Assembly: GCF_000015585.1 (NCBI RefSeq)
Contig: NC_008789.1
Location: 210,001 to 242,000 of the forward strand
From: Halorhodospira halophila SL1
GTDB taxonomy: Bacteria > Pseudomonadota > Gammaproteobacteria > Nitrococcales > Halorhodospiraceae
Length of the DNA: 32,000 bases
Direction of reading: 5' to 3'
A model generated the notes under the pieces. It was not told the origin of the DNA and did no database searches. It saw nothing but the letters and a program-made list of their open reading frames with translations. The position numbers and the translations under genes were made by a program. Of the stretch, positions 1 through 8,448 are shown piece by piece; the first letter of the stretch is position 1; each line of letters starts with the position of its first letter.

Positions 1-1
1 C

Positions 2-1375
2 TGCACCCTCGGGCCACGTCGCCCGGAGCTCTACCTGGCCGCCCTCGGCACCCTGCGCCACGGTGCCGTCTACGCCCCCCTGTTCTCGGTCTACGGCCCC
101 GACCCGATCCGCCGTCGCCTGGAACTGGGCGAAGCCCGGGTGGTGATCACCACCCGGCGGCTCTTCGAGGAGCGCATTGCCCCGGTGCGCGGCGCGCTGC
201 CGGCGCTGGAGCACGTCGTCCTGGTCGATGACGAGGCCCCCGGCGCAGCGTCGTGGGAGGCCTTCTGCGCGAATGACGCCGCCCCCCAGCCGATGGCGAC
301 CGGCGCCGAATACCCGGCCCTGTTGCACTTCACCAGTGGCACGTCCGGCCCGCCCAAGGGGGTGCTCCACGTCCACCGCGCCGCCGCGGCCCATTTGGCC
401 ACCGGGCGCGAAGTGCTAGGCCTGGCCCCGGGCGAGCGCTACTGGTGCACCGCCGACCCGGGGTGGGTCACCGGGGTCTCCTACGGCATCCTCGCACCGT
501 TGCTCTGCGGCGCCACCCTGGTGGTCGATGAAGGCGAGTTCGACGCCCAGCGCTGGTACGGCATCCTCGCCACGGAGGGGGTTCGGTGCTGGTTCACGGC
601 ACCCACGGCCCTGCGCATGCTGCGCCGAGCCGGCCCCGAGGCACTGGAGGGCTTCGACCTGTCCCGACTCGAACGGATCTTCAGCACCGGCGAACCCCTG
701 GACCCGGCCCTCACGGAATGGACCGAGAACCATCTGGGCCGCCCCACCCGGGACGCCTGGTGGCAGTCGGAAACCGGCGCCATCATGACCGCCCAGTACG
801 GTGATGCGCCGGTCCGCGCCGGTCGCATGGGCCGCCCTGTGCCGGGCGTCGAGCTGATTCTGGCCGAGGCCGATGGCGACACCGTCACCCCCGTGACCCA
901 ACCGGGGACCACCGGCGAGATCCTGATCCGCCGCGGCTGGCCGTCCATGTTCCGCGCCTACCTGGGCGCGCCGGAGCGCTACCGGGCCGCCTTCGTCGAC
1001 AACTGGTACCGCTCCGGCGACCTAGCCCAGTGGGACGAACAAGGCGAGCTGCGCTTTATCGGCCGAGCCGACGATGTCATCAAGACCGCCGGGCATATGG
1101 TGGGGCCAGCGGAGGTCGAGGCGGTCCTGAACCACCACCCGGAGGTGGCCGAATGCGGGGTGAGCGGCATCCCCGACCCGGTGGCCGGCGCCCTGGTCGC
1201 GGCCTGGGTCGTCACCCGCCGCCCTCCCGAGGCCCCGGAACAGCTGCGCCGGGATCTCATCACCCATGCACGACAGCGCCTCGGCGCGGCGGTGGCGCCG
1301 CGCGAGATCCACTTCGTGGACGAGCTACCCAAGACCCCCAGCGGGAAGATCCTACGCCGTCAGCTGAGCACGTGA
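2..1375 (+). CDS. AMP-dependent synthetase/ligase (acyl/acetyl-CoA synthetase family), 5'-truncated by the window edge
   Basis: The frame is open from position 2, so the listed M at 140 is internal. It has the AMP-binding signature LHFTSGTSGPPKGV, a YRSGDL motif and the C-terminal PKTPSGKILRR lysine motif typical of adenylate-forming enzymes. Confidence 0.85.
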   Translation, partial: CTLGPRRPELYLAALGTLRHGAVYAPLFSVYGPDPIRRRLELGEARVVITTRRLFEERIAPVRGALPALEHVVLVDDEAPGAASWEAFCANDAAPQPMATGAEYPALLHFTSGTSGPPKGVLHVHRAAAAHLATGREVLGLAPGERYWCTADPGWVTGVSYGILAPLLCGATLVVDEGEFDAQRWYGILATEGVRCWFTAPTALRMLRRAGPEALEGFDLSRLERIFSTGEPLDPALTEWTENHLGRPTRDAWWQSETGAIMTAQYGDAPVRAGRMGRPVPGVELILAEADGDTVTPVTQPGTTGEILIRRGWPSMFRAYLGAPERYRAAFVDNWYRSGDLAQWDEQGELRFIGRADDVIKTAGHMVGPAEVEAVLNHHPEVAECGVSGIPDPVAGALVAAWVVTRRPPEAPEQLRRDLITHARQRLGAAVAPREIHFVDELPKTPSGKILRRQLST

Positions 1376-1389
1376 ACCGAGCGCTCCGG

Positions 1390-1542
1390 CTACTTCAGCA
1401 CCCGCCGCAGGGCCCGCCCGGCCGCCTTCCCGGTATCATAACCAGTGACCCGTCGGCCACCGCGCTCGCGACGGACCTGCTCCGCGCTGCGCGCCACGCG
1501 CGCTGCCCGTAGCGCCCAGGGCACCACTCTGAGCCAGTTCAC
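1390..1542 (-). CDS. Possible small basic protein (50 aa, GTG start); function unknown
   Basis: A strong Shine-Dalgarno (AATAGGGAGGAAG) lies 6 nt before the GTG at 1542. Third codon positions are mostly G/C. I see no recognisable motif, and it lies in a 300-bp gap between convergent and divergent genes. Confidence 0.25.
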   Translation of the reverse strand: MNWLRVVPWALRAARVARSAEQVRRERGGRRVTGYDTGKAAGRALRRVLK

Positions 1543-1674
1543 GGTGACTTCCTCCCTATTGAGCCTGAATCTGAGTGTAATCCATCGCCGATCGACACTG
1601 AAGCAGCACACGTGGTCAGCAGTCCGCCACTACCGTTACGCTAACCGGCAACGATCCGGAGAAGGAGATCCCGA

Positions 1675-3798
1675 GTGTTCACCCGACACCCGCTCACCTG
1701 GCTCACCGCCGCCCTCACCGCCCTTGTGCCCGCGCTGGCCCTGGCTGAAGAACCGGAAGAGAACCCGGCGCGCAGCGTGGCCGAACTGACCCAGGGCGCC
1801 GCCCAGACCCTTGGAGAGGAGCTGCGCGCGATCGGCGACCTGTTCAAGGGCTTCGAGGGCGAGGCCCTCGGCCCGCAGCTGTGGACACTCGCCCAGGAGC
1901 TGGCCGACCTGGGCCTGATCATCGCCGTCACCATCGGTCTGCTCCTGCTGCTGCGGCCGCTGGCGCGCCCCGTGTTCAACCGCGCCGAAAGCTGGGCGCA
2001 GCGAGGGGACGCCCGCCTGCGCACGGTCCGTCGCACCGTCGGTGTGCTCGGCGCCGCGCTGGCCGACCTGGCGACCATCTTCCTGGCCTGGATTGCCGGC
2101 TACGCCATCGCCCTGTCCTTCGTTGGCGATGTGGGCGGCATCGAGGCGCGGGAGTCTCTGTTCCTCAACGCCTTTCTGATGGTCGAGGGCGTCAAGGCTC
2201 TGCTGCGCATCCTGTTCGCGCGCCGCAACCCCCACCTGCGCCTGATTGCCACCGACGATGAGCATGCCAACTACTGGGGCAAACGGCTGGCCCGGATGGC
2301 CGGGCTGATCGGCTACGGCCTGCTGTTTATCGGCCCCTTTGCCACCATGGCCGTGGCTGAAGGCGTCGGGCAGCTGGCGGTGCTCATCGTCATGGTGCTC
2401 GCCTTCGGCTACGCAGTGGTCCTGGCCCTGCGCAACCGCCACGACGTGCGGGAGCGTCTCCAGGCCAGTGCCGCGCAGTCCAAGGTACTGTTCACCCGCA
2501 CCATGCTCTCGTCCCTGGCCTGGGTCTGGCACTGGGTGGTCATCCTCTATTTCGGTGCCCTGGCCGTGGTGACGATCACCCAACCGGACGCCGCACTGGC
2601 CTTCATGGGGCAGGCGACCCTACAGACCGCGCTGGCCATCGGCATCGGCGTCTTCCTGGCCATCGTCCTGACTCAGGCAACGGCCCGGCGCATCCGGCTC
2701 AGTGAGCGCAACCGACGCCACTTCCCGCTCCTGGAGCAACGGCTGAACAGCTACCTGCCGTTCGTCCTGAAGATCGTGCGAACCGCCATCATCGTGGTGG
2801 TCATCGCCACCGTACTCGATGCCTGGCAGCTGTTCGACTTCTCCGGATGGCTGACTTCCGAGGGGGGGCTGCAGACCCTCGGGGTCATCTTCTCGGTCTC
2901 CCTGGTGCTGCTCGCCGCCACGGCGGTGTGGCTCCTGGCAGCGAGCTTCATCGAGCACCGCCTGAACCCGGACGTGGGCCATGGTACGCCGTCGGCGCGG
3001 GAACAGACCCTGCTCACCCTGTTCCGCAACGCCATCGCGATCATCCTGATCACCATGACCACGATGATTGTCCTCGCCGAGATCGGCATCAACATCGGCC
3101 CGCTGATCGCCGGTGCCGGTGTCCTCGGCCTGGCCATCGGCTTCGGCGCCCAGAAACTGGTTCAGGACATCATCACCGGGGTCTTCATCCAGCTCGAGAA
3201 CGCCATCGATGTCGGCGATATCATCACCGCCGGCGGCGTCACCGGCACCGTCGAGAAGCTGACCATCCGCTCGGTGAACATCCGCGACCTGTTCGGGACC
3301 TACCACTTCATCCCGTTCTCGTCGGTGGACAGCGTCTCGAACTTCACCCGGCACTTCGCCTACCACGTCGGCAGCTACGGCGTGGCCTACCGGGAGGATG
3401 TCGACCAAGTGATTCCCGAGCTCGAGGCGGCCTACGAGGACCTCCAGCAGCATCCGAACGCGGATATCCGCAACGCCCTTTACGACGACTTCGCCGTGGA
3501 CGGGGTGGTCTCCCTGGGGGACAACTCGGTGAACATCCGGGTGCGCATCAAGACGGCACCGGGCATGCAGTGGGCCGTCGGCCGGGCCTACAACGGGCTG
3601 GTCAAGAAGCGCCTGGATGCCGCGGGTATCGAGATCCCCTTCCCACACCGGACAATCTACTTCGGGGAGGATCACCAGGGGAACGCTCCGCCAATGCGCC
3701 TAGCGCAGGTGGCCTCCGCCTCGCCGAGCCCGGCCAGTATCACTCCGGCGGCACCGACCGCCAGCGACCGGGTCCACCACGATCCTACGGAGGACTAG
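1675..3798 (+). CDS. Large mechanosensitive ion channel, MscS superfamily (YbiO/MscK-like architecture)
   Basis: GTG start after GGAGAAGGAG. It has an N-terminal signal-like segment (LTAALTALVPALALA) and many TM helices. The conserved MscS core reads GAGVLGLAIGFGAQKLVQDIITGVFIQLENAIDVGDII..G..GTVEKLTIRSVNIRD. Confidence 0.9.
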   Translation: MFTRHPLTWLTAALTALVPALALAEEPEENPARSVAELTQGAAQTLGEELRAIGDLFKGFEGEALGPQLWTLAQELADLGLIIAVTIGLLLLLRPLARPVFNRAESWAQRGDARLRTVRRTVGVLGAALADLATIFLAWIAGYAIALSFVGDVGGIEARESLFLNAFLMVEGVKALLRILFARRNPHLRLIATDDEHANYWGKRLARMAGLIGYGLLFIGPFATMAVAEGVGQLAVLIVMVLAFGYAVVLALRNRHDVRERLQASAAQSKVLFTRTMLSSLAWVWHWVVILYFGALAVVTITQPDAALAFMGQATLQTALAIGIGVFLAIVLTQATARRIRLSERNRRHFPLLEQRLNSYLPFVLKIVRTAIIVVVIATVLDAWQLFDFSGWLTSEGGLQTLGVIFSVSLVLLAATAVWLLAASFIEHRLNPDVGHGTPSAREQTLLTLFRNAIAIILITMTTMIVLAEIGINIGPLIAGAGVLGLAIGFGAQKLVQDIITGVFIQLENAIDVGDIITAGGVTGTVEKLTIRSVNIRDLFGTYHFIPFSSVDSVSNFTRHFAYHVGSYGVAYREDVDQVIPELEAAYEDLQQHPNADIRNALYDDFAVDGVVSLGDNSVNIRVRIKTAPGMQWAVGRAYNGLVKKRLDAAGIEIPFPHRTIYFGEDHQGNAPPMRLAQVASASPSPASITPAAPTASDRVHHDPTED

Positions 3799-3829
3799 AC
3801 CGACGCGCCGCAGCGGTGCGGCGCACCAC

Positions 3830-3867
3830 AAAAAAGGCCCGCCCCTCTGCAGGGGCGGGCCTTTTTT
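3830..3867. terminator. Bidirectional rho-independent terminator
   Basis: AAAAAA-GGCCCGCCCCT-ctgc-AGGGGCGGGCC-TTTTTT. This is a perfect 11-bp GC stem flanked by an A-run and a T-run, sitting between the convergent MscS and Rieske genes. Confidence 0.85.
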
Positions 3868-3909
3868 GTGGACTGCTGCCGTAATCCGGCAGCGCGCGGC
3901 GCCCGCGCG

Positions 3910-4527
3910 CTAGACCGGATCCGACATATCGGCATCCTCAGGGTGTTCCCCGATCACCAGCTTGTCGCCGTCCTGCCGATGCGGCGGTACCTCGAGGTTG
4001 GTCGGCGCAGGCTGCGCCCGATAGACCCGACCGGCCATATCGTAGCGAGCCCCGTGACAGGGGCAGAAGAACCCGCCGAGCCAGTCGGCGTCGAAGTCCA
4101 TCGGTTCGATCTCAGGGTAGTACGTGGGGATGCATCCCAGGTGGGTGCAGATCGGCACCACCACGAAGACCTCGGGGTCCACGGACCGGTGCTTGTTCCG
4201 GGCATACTCCGGCTGCTGATCCCGCTCGGAGTCCGGATCGCGCAGGCGGTCCACCATCTTGTCCAGCGTCTCCAGGTGCTCTTCGGTGCGGCTGACCACC
4301 CAGATCGGGCTGCCCTTCCACTCGAACTCAAGGCGCTGCCCCGGCTCGAGCTTGCTCACGTCGACCTCGATGGGCGCACCCTCCGCCTGCGCCTCGACGC
4401 TGGGGCGGAGAAAGCCGATGAACGGGACCGCGGCAAACACCGCGCCGACGCCACCGACCACGCTCGCCGCGCCGGTCAGGAACCGCCGTCGCCCACGATC
4501 CAGATCATCCGGTGCCTCGTTCGTCAT
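3910..4527 (-). CDS. Rieske [2Fe-2S] protein, ubiquinol-cytochrome c reductase iron-sulfur subunit (PetA) type
   Basis: Twin-arginine/TM anchor RGRRRFLTGAASVVGGVGAVFAAVPF. Rieske boxes CTHLGC and CPCHGARYD are present. SD AGGGGG precedes the ATG. Confidence 0.9.
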   Translation of the reverse strand: MTNEAPDDLDRGRRRFLTGAASVVGGVGAVFAAVPFIGFLRPSVEAQAEGAPIEVDVSKLEPGQRLEFEWKGSPIWVVSRTEEHLETLDKMVDRLRDPDSERDQQPEYARNKHRSVDPEVFVVVPICTHLGCIPTYYPEIEPMDFDADWLGGFFCPCHGARYDMAGRVYRAQPAPTNLEVPPHRQDGDKLVIGEHPEDADMSDPV

Positions 4528-4771
4528 GTAGACCCCCTGTTGCTACTTAATCCATTCATGCAACGGTATCGCCGGTTACGGCATAACGTAAAGGTTGCGG
4601 CGTGGAATGCAAGGCGCGGCCGTGCCCCGGCCTGCGGCATGTTACCGCATCGGCCAAGCTAGATGGGCCGTACACACCGCTTCCCCGGCCACCCCGACAG
4701 GCTTGCCTGCCTCCACCGTCGCGGTAGGCTGGACAATACTATACGCAGGAGACTCAATACGGGAGGGCGTC

Positions 4772-5671
4772 ATGCGAATTCTCATCACCGGTGGCAGCGG
4801 CTTTGTCGGCAAGCCCCTGTGTGCCCGCCTCCACGAGCGCGGCCATGAGCTGCTGGTCGTCTCACGCAACCCCGAACGCGCCCGCGGCGCCCTGCCACCG
4901 CGCACCAACGTCCGCCCGAGTGTAGCCGACTTCGTCGACAGTCAGCCCGAGGCGATCATTAACCTGGCCGGCGAGTCGATCGCCGAGGGCCGCTGGACCG
5001 AGGCCAAAAAGCAACGCCTGCTCGACTCTCGGTTGACCATCACCCAGGCCCTGGTCGACCTGTGTGGACAGCTCGAAACCCCGCCCAAGGTCATGGTCTC
5101 GGCCTCGGCCATGGGGTACTACGGCGACCAGGGCGACCGCGAGGTCACCGAAGAGACCCCGCCCAACCCGGAATTCGTCCACGAGCTCTGCGCCCGCTGG
5201 GAGGAGACGGCGCGCCAGGCCGAGTCCCACGGCGTCCGCGTGGCGCTGATGCGCATCGGGCTGGTCCTCGACCGCGACGGCGGCACCCTGGCCAAGCTGC
5301 TGACGCCCTTCCGCCTCGGCCTGGGCGGGCCGCTGGGCAGCGGCAAGCAGTATATGCCGTGGATCCATCGCACCGACCTGGTGCGCATCATCCTCTTCCT
5401 GCTCGATCAGGAGGCACTCGCTGGCCCCTTCAACGCCGGTGCGCCGGAGCCAGTGACCAACGCCGAGTTCACCCGGACCCTGGCCCGGCACCTGCATCGC
5501 CCGGCCTTCCTGCCCGCCCCGGCCCCGGCCCTGCGCCTGGCCTTTGGCGAGATGTCCCGGATCCTGCTTACCGGCGCCCGCATGCGCCCGCAGCGCCTCC
5601 AGGAGGCCGGCTTCACCTTCGAATACCCCACCCTCGACGAGGCCCTGAGCGAGATCCTCCGCAAACGCTAA
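4772..5671 (+). CDS. yfcH: YfcH-like epimerase-family SDR (TIGR01777 / DUF1731 C-terminus)
   Basis: The internal ATG at 4772 is preceded by GGGAGGG. The product starts MRILITGGSGFVGKPL (Rossmann GxxGxxG) and has the C-terminal RLQEAGFTFEYPTLDEAL typical of this family. The upstream 59 codons of the tracked ORF look non-coding. Confidence 0.85.
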   Translation: MRILITGGSGFVGKPLCARLHERGHELLVVSRNPERARGALPPRTNVRPSVADFVDSQPEAIINLAGESIAEGRWTEAKKQRLLDSRLTITQALVDLCGQLETPPKVMVSASAMGYYGDQGDREVTEETPPNPEFVHELCARWEETARQAESHGVRVALMRIGLVLDRDGGTLAKLLTPFRLGLGGPLGSGKQYMPWIHRTDLVRIILFLLDQEALAGPFNAGAPEPVTNAEFTRTLARHLHRPAFLPAPAPALRLAFGEMSRILLTGARMRPQRLQEAGFTFEYPTLDEALSEILRKR

Positions 5672-5777
5672 AGGCCGCGCTGCCTCCCGCCGGCGCCCCC
5701 GCTGAGGCAGCGGCGCCGGTGGGTGGCCCATTCCTTGCTTCCCCTGAGCAAAAGACACTCCACGACCGATTCACGAG

Positions 5778-6581
5778 GTGTACATGCCACTCCCGGTGCA
5801 CCGACACGGCGCGAACCCTCGAAAGCGCCCCTCGGCTCTGGCGCTCCTTGGATTTGCCGTAGCATGGCTCTTTGCCGGTTCGGCCATCGCCGACGCCACG
5901 CGCATCGCCGTCGCCTCGGGTCTGCGTCACGCCATGAATGACCTGGTTGCGCAGTTTCAGGAACAGTACCCGGAACACCGCCTGGCGGTTTCCTACGGAT
6001 CCTCGGGTTCGCTACGCACCCAGATCGCCAATGGCGCCCCCTTCTCCGCCTTCTTCGCTGCCGACATGGCACGCCCCGAGGCACTCGTCGACTCCGGCCA
6101 CGCCGGTTCCGCGGTCCGCCACTACGCCAGCGGTCAGCTGGTCCTGTGGACCCGCAACCAGGGCGACGCCACCGAGCTGGCCGACCTGAAAGATCCAAGC
6201 TTTCGCCGCATCGCCATCGCCCATCCGGAGCACGCCCCCTACGGGGCCCGGGCGGTCGAAGCATTGCAGGCGGAAGGCGTCTACGAGGCCGTGGCGGACC
6301 GCTTGGTCACCGGCAACACGGTCACCCGCGCCCTGCAGCAGGCGCAAAGCGGCGCCGCGCAGGCTGCCCTGATTCCCCTCTCCTTGGCGATCCACCCCAA
6401 CATCGCCGAACAGGGCCAATACACCCCCATTGACCCGGAACTGCACCATCCGCTCGAGCACGGCTACATCATCACCCGACGCGGCGCCGAGGATGAGGCT
6501 GTAGCCCGCTTCATGGAGTTCGTGGGTAGCACCGCGGGCCGCGAGACCCTCAGGGAACACGGTTTCCACCCGCCGGAGTAG
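5778..6581 (+). CDS. modA: Molybdate ABC transporter periplasmic binding protein
   Basis: It has a signal peptide (ALALLGFAVAWLFAGSAIA) and the ModA-like motif SYGSSGSLRTQIANGAPFSAFFAAD. It is followed by modB and modC. The start is GTG 5778 or ATG 5784. Confidence 0.9.
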   Translation: MYMPLPVHRHGANPRKRPSALALLGFAVAWLFAGSAIADATRIAVASGLRHAMNDLVAQFQEQYPEHRLAVSYGSSGSLRTQIANGAPFSAFFAADMARPEALVDSGHAGSAVRHYASGQLVLWTRNQGDATELADLKDPSFRRIAIAHPEHAPYGARAVEALQAEGVYEAVADRLVTGNTVTRALQQAQSGAAQAALIPLSLAIHPNIAEQGQYTPIDPELHHPLEHGYIITRRGAEDEAVARFMEFVGSTAGRETLREHGFHPPE

Positions 6582-6617
6582 CCCACCGGGACTGCGCAGA
6601 GGTACGGACCGCCCACG

Positions 6618-7307
6618 ATGCTATGGATCAGTGAAGCCGACTGGATCGCCCTGCAGCTGACCTTAAAGCTGGCCTCCATCAGCACCGGTCTGCTGCTTCT
6701 GCTCTGCCTGCCGCTGGCCTGGTGGCTCGCCCGCACCGAGGGCCGCGCCAAGGTCTTCGTGGAAGCACTGGTGGCCATGCCCCTGGTCCTGCCGCCGACG
6801 GTCATCGGCTTCTACCTGCTGATCTTCCTGGGCCCAGCGGGGTGGCTCGGCGGCCTGCTCGAGCAGATCGGCGTCGGCCACCTGGCCTTTACGTTCACGG
6901 GCATGGTGATCGGCTCGATGATCTACTCCCTGCCGTTCGCGGTGCAGCCGATGCAGAACGCGTTCCAGGCCATGGGCGAACGCCCGCTGGAGGTGGCCGC
7001 TACGCTTCGCGCGTCGCCCCTGGATCGCTTCCTCACCGTGGTGGTCCCCCTGGCCCGCAACGGCTTCCTGACCGCCGCCGTGCTCTCCTTCGCCCACACC
7101 CTGGGCGAATTCGGCGTGCTCCTGATGATCGGCGGCAGCATCGCCGGGGAGACGGAGGTGGCGTCGATCGCCATCTACAACCACGTCGAAGCCATGGATT
7201 ACGCCGCGGCCCACGGCCTCTCGCTGTTCCTGCTGCTGATGGCGTTCTCGCTGCTCCTGGCGGTCTACCTCCTGAACCGCCGTTTCAAGGTCGTGGGGAT
7301 CGCCTGA
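6618..7307 (+). CDS. modB: Molybdate ABC transporter permease
   Basis: Five or six TM helices and an EAA-loop region (EVAATLRASPLDRFLTVVVPLARNG). It sits between modA and modC. Confidence 0.9.
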   Translation: MLWISEADWIALQLTLKLASISTGLLLLLCLPLAWWLARTEGRAKVFVEALVAMPLVLPPTVIGFYLLIFLGPAGWLGGLLEQIGVGHLAFTFTGMVIGSMIYSLPFAVQPMQNAFQAMGERPLEVAATLRASPLDRFLTVVVPLARNGFLTAAVLSFAHTLGEFGVLLMIGGSIAGETEVASIAIYNHVEAMDYAAAHGLSLFLLLMAFSLLLAVYLLNRRFKVVGIA

Positions 7308-8374
7308 TGGGCATCGACGCGTCGTTCCGAGTGGACCGGGGCGAGTTCTGCCTCCAGGCCGACCTGACCCTCCCCGGCGCTGGGGTGACCACCCTGTTCG
7401 GCCGCTCCGGTTCGGGGAAGACCACCCTGCTGCGCTGCCTCGCCGGCCTGGAGCGCCTTCCTCACGGACGACTCACCGTCAACGGTGCCGTCTGGCAGGA
7501 TGCCGATACCTTCCTGCCGGTCCACCGCCGGCCCATCGGCTACGTCTTCCAGGAACCGAGCCTCTTCCCGCATCTAAACGTGCGCGGCAATCTCCTCTAT
7601 GGGCGACGCCGGACGCCGGCCGGAGACCGTCGCAGCGACTTCGCCGAGGTGACCCGTCTGCTCGGCCTAGAGGAACTCCTGGAGCGCTCGCCGGCCGCAC
7701 TCTCCGGCGGCCAGCGCCAGCGCGTCTCCATCGGGCGCGCGCTGCTGACCGACCCCCATCTCCTGTTGATGGACGAGCCCCTGGCCTCGCTGGACGCCGC
7801 CACCAAGGCGGAGATCCTGCCGTACTTCGAACGCCTGCACGGCCATTTGCACATCCCCATCGTCTACGTCACCCACGCCCTCGACGAGGCCGCCCGACTG
7901 GCCGATCACATGGTGCTGCTCGAAGCCGGCCGTGTCCGCGCCGAGGGCCCCCTCCAGGACTTGCTGACCCGGACCGATCTGCCCCTTGCCCGCAGCGAGT
8001 ACGCCTCGGCAGTGCTGGAGCTGCCCGTCGCGCGCCACCATCCGGCAGACCACCTTACGGAACTCGACGCCGGAGACGCGCCCCTGTACCTGCCGCGTCT
8101 GGACGCTGCCATCGGCGAGCGCGTCCGGGTCCGCATCCACGCCCGGGATGTGAGCCTCGCCCGCGAGCTGCCGACGCAGGTGAGCCTGCTCAACCGCCTG
8201 CCGGGGCGAGTGGCGGCCATTGACGACGACCCGACACCGAGCCACGCCCTGGTGCGTGTGGAGGTCGCCGGACAGGCGCTCCTGGCCCGCATCACCCGCC
8301 GCTCCTGCCAGGAGCTCGGACTGACCCCCGGGGTGTCCATCCACGCCATGGTCAAGGGCGTGGCGCTGCGCTGA
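7307..8374 (+). CDS. modC: Molybdate ABC transporter ATP-binding protein with C-terminal TOBE/Mop-like domain
   Basis: The ATG at 7307 overlaps the modB TGA by 1 nt. It has Walker A GRSGSGKTT, signature LSGGQRQRV and Walker B LLLMDEP. The C-terminal roughly 120 aa beta-rich region is typical of ModC. The upstream part of tracked ORF 6722.. lies within modB in another frame. Confidence 0.92.
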   Translation: MGIDASFRVDRGEFCLQADLTLPGAGVTTLFGRSGSGKTTLLRCLAGLERLPHGRLTVNGAVWQDADTFLPVHRRPIGYVFQEPSLFPHLNVRGNLLYGRRRTPAGDRRSDFAEVTRLLGLEELLERSPAALSGGQRQRVSIGRALLTDPHLLLMDEPLASLDAATKAEILPYFERLHGHLHIPIVYVTHALDEAARLADHMVLLEAGRVRAEGPLQDLLTRTDLPLARSEYASAVLELPVARHHPADHLTELDAGDAPLYLPRLDAAIGERVRVRIHARDVSLARELPTQVSLLNRLPGRVAAIDDDPTPSHALVRVEVAGQALLARITRRSCQELGLTPGVSIHAMVKGVALR

Positions 8375-8448
8375 CGTTGCAGCACGCCAGCTGGCCACCA
8401 TACTGAACCGGACGCCCCCATACGCGGCCACTCGCAGGAAGCCCAAAC

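Noticed and set aside
1636-3675. Minus-strand ORFs 1636-2583 (315 aa) and 2620-3675 (351 aa) opposite the MscS-family gene.
   Set aside because: The plus-strand frame carries the conserved MscS core and TM pattern. The antisense products are low-complexity (G/D/H/Q/R-rich) without motifs.
4595-4771. N-terminal 59-codon extension of the YfcH-like ORF, and the similar upstream extensions of the modC (6722), MCP (15797), SBP (21875) and GT2 (30106) ORFs.
   Set aside because: The internal starts have proper SD sequences and give family-typical N-termini. The extensions are Arg/Pro/Ala-rich or overlap the preceding gene.
5672-5777. Looked for a ModE operator (TATAT-N7-TAYAT-like) or Moco riboswitch upstream of modA. 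I noted a 9-bp hairpin (CGCTGCCTC/GAGGCAGCG) and a TTGCT-N7-AGCAA inverted repeat at 5735-5751.
   Set aside because: There is no TATAT-type half-site. The spacer, about 105 nt, is too short and lacks features I can match to the Moco motif. The 5-bp inverted repeat is within chance expectation, and the hairpin lacks a U-tract.
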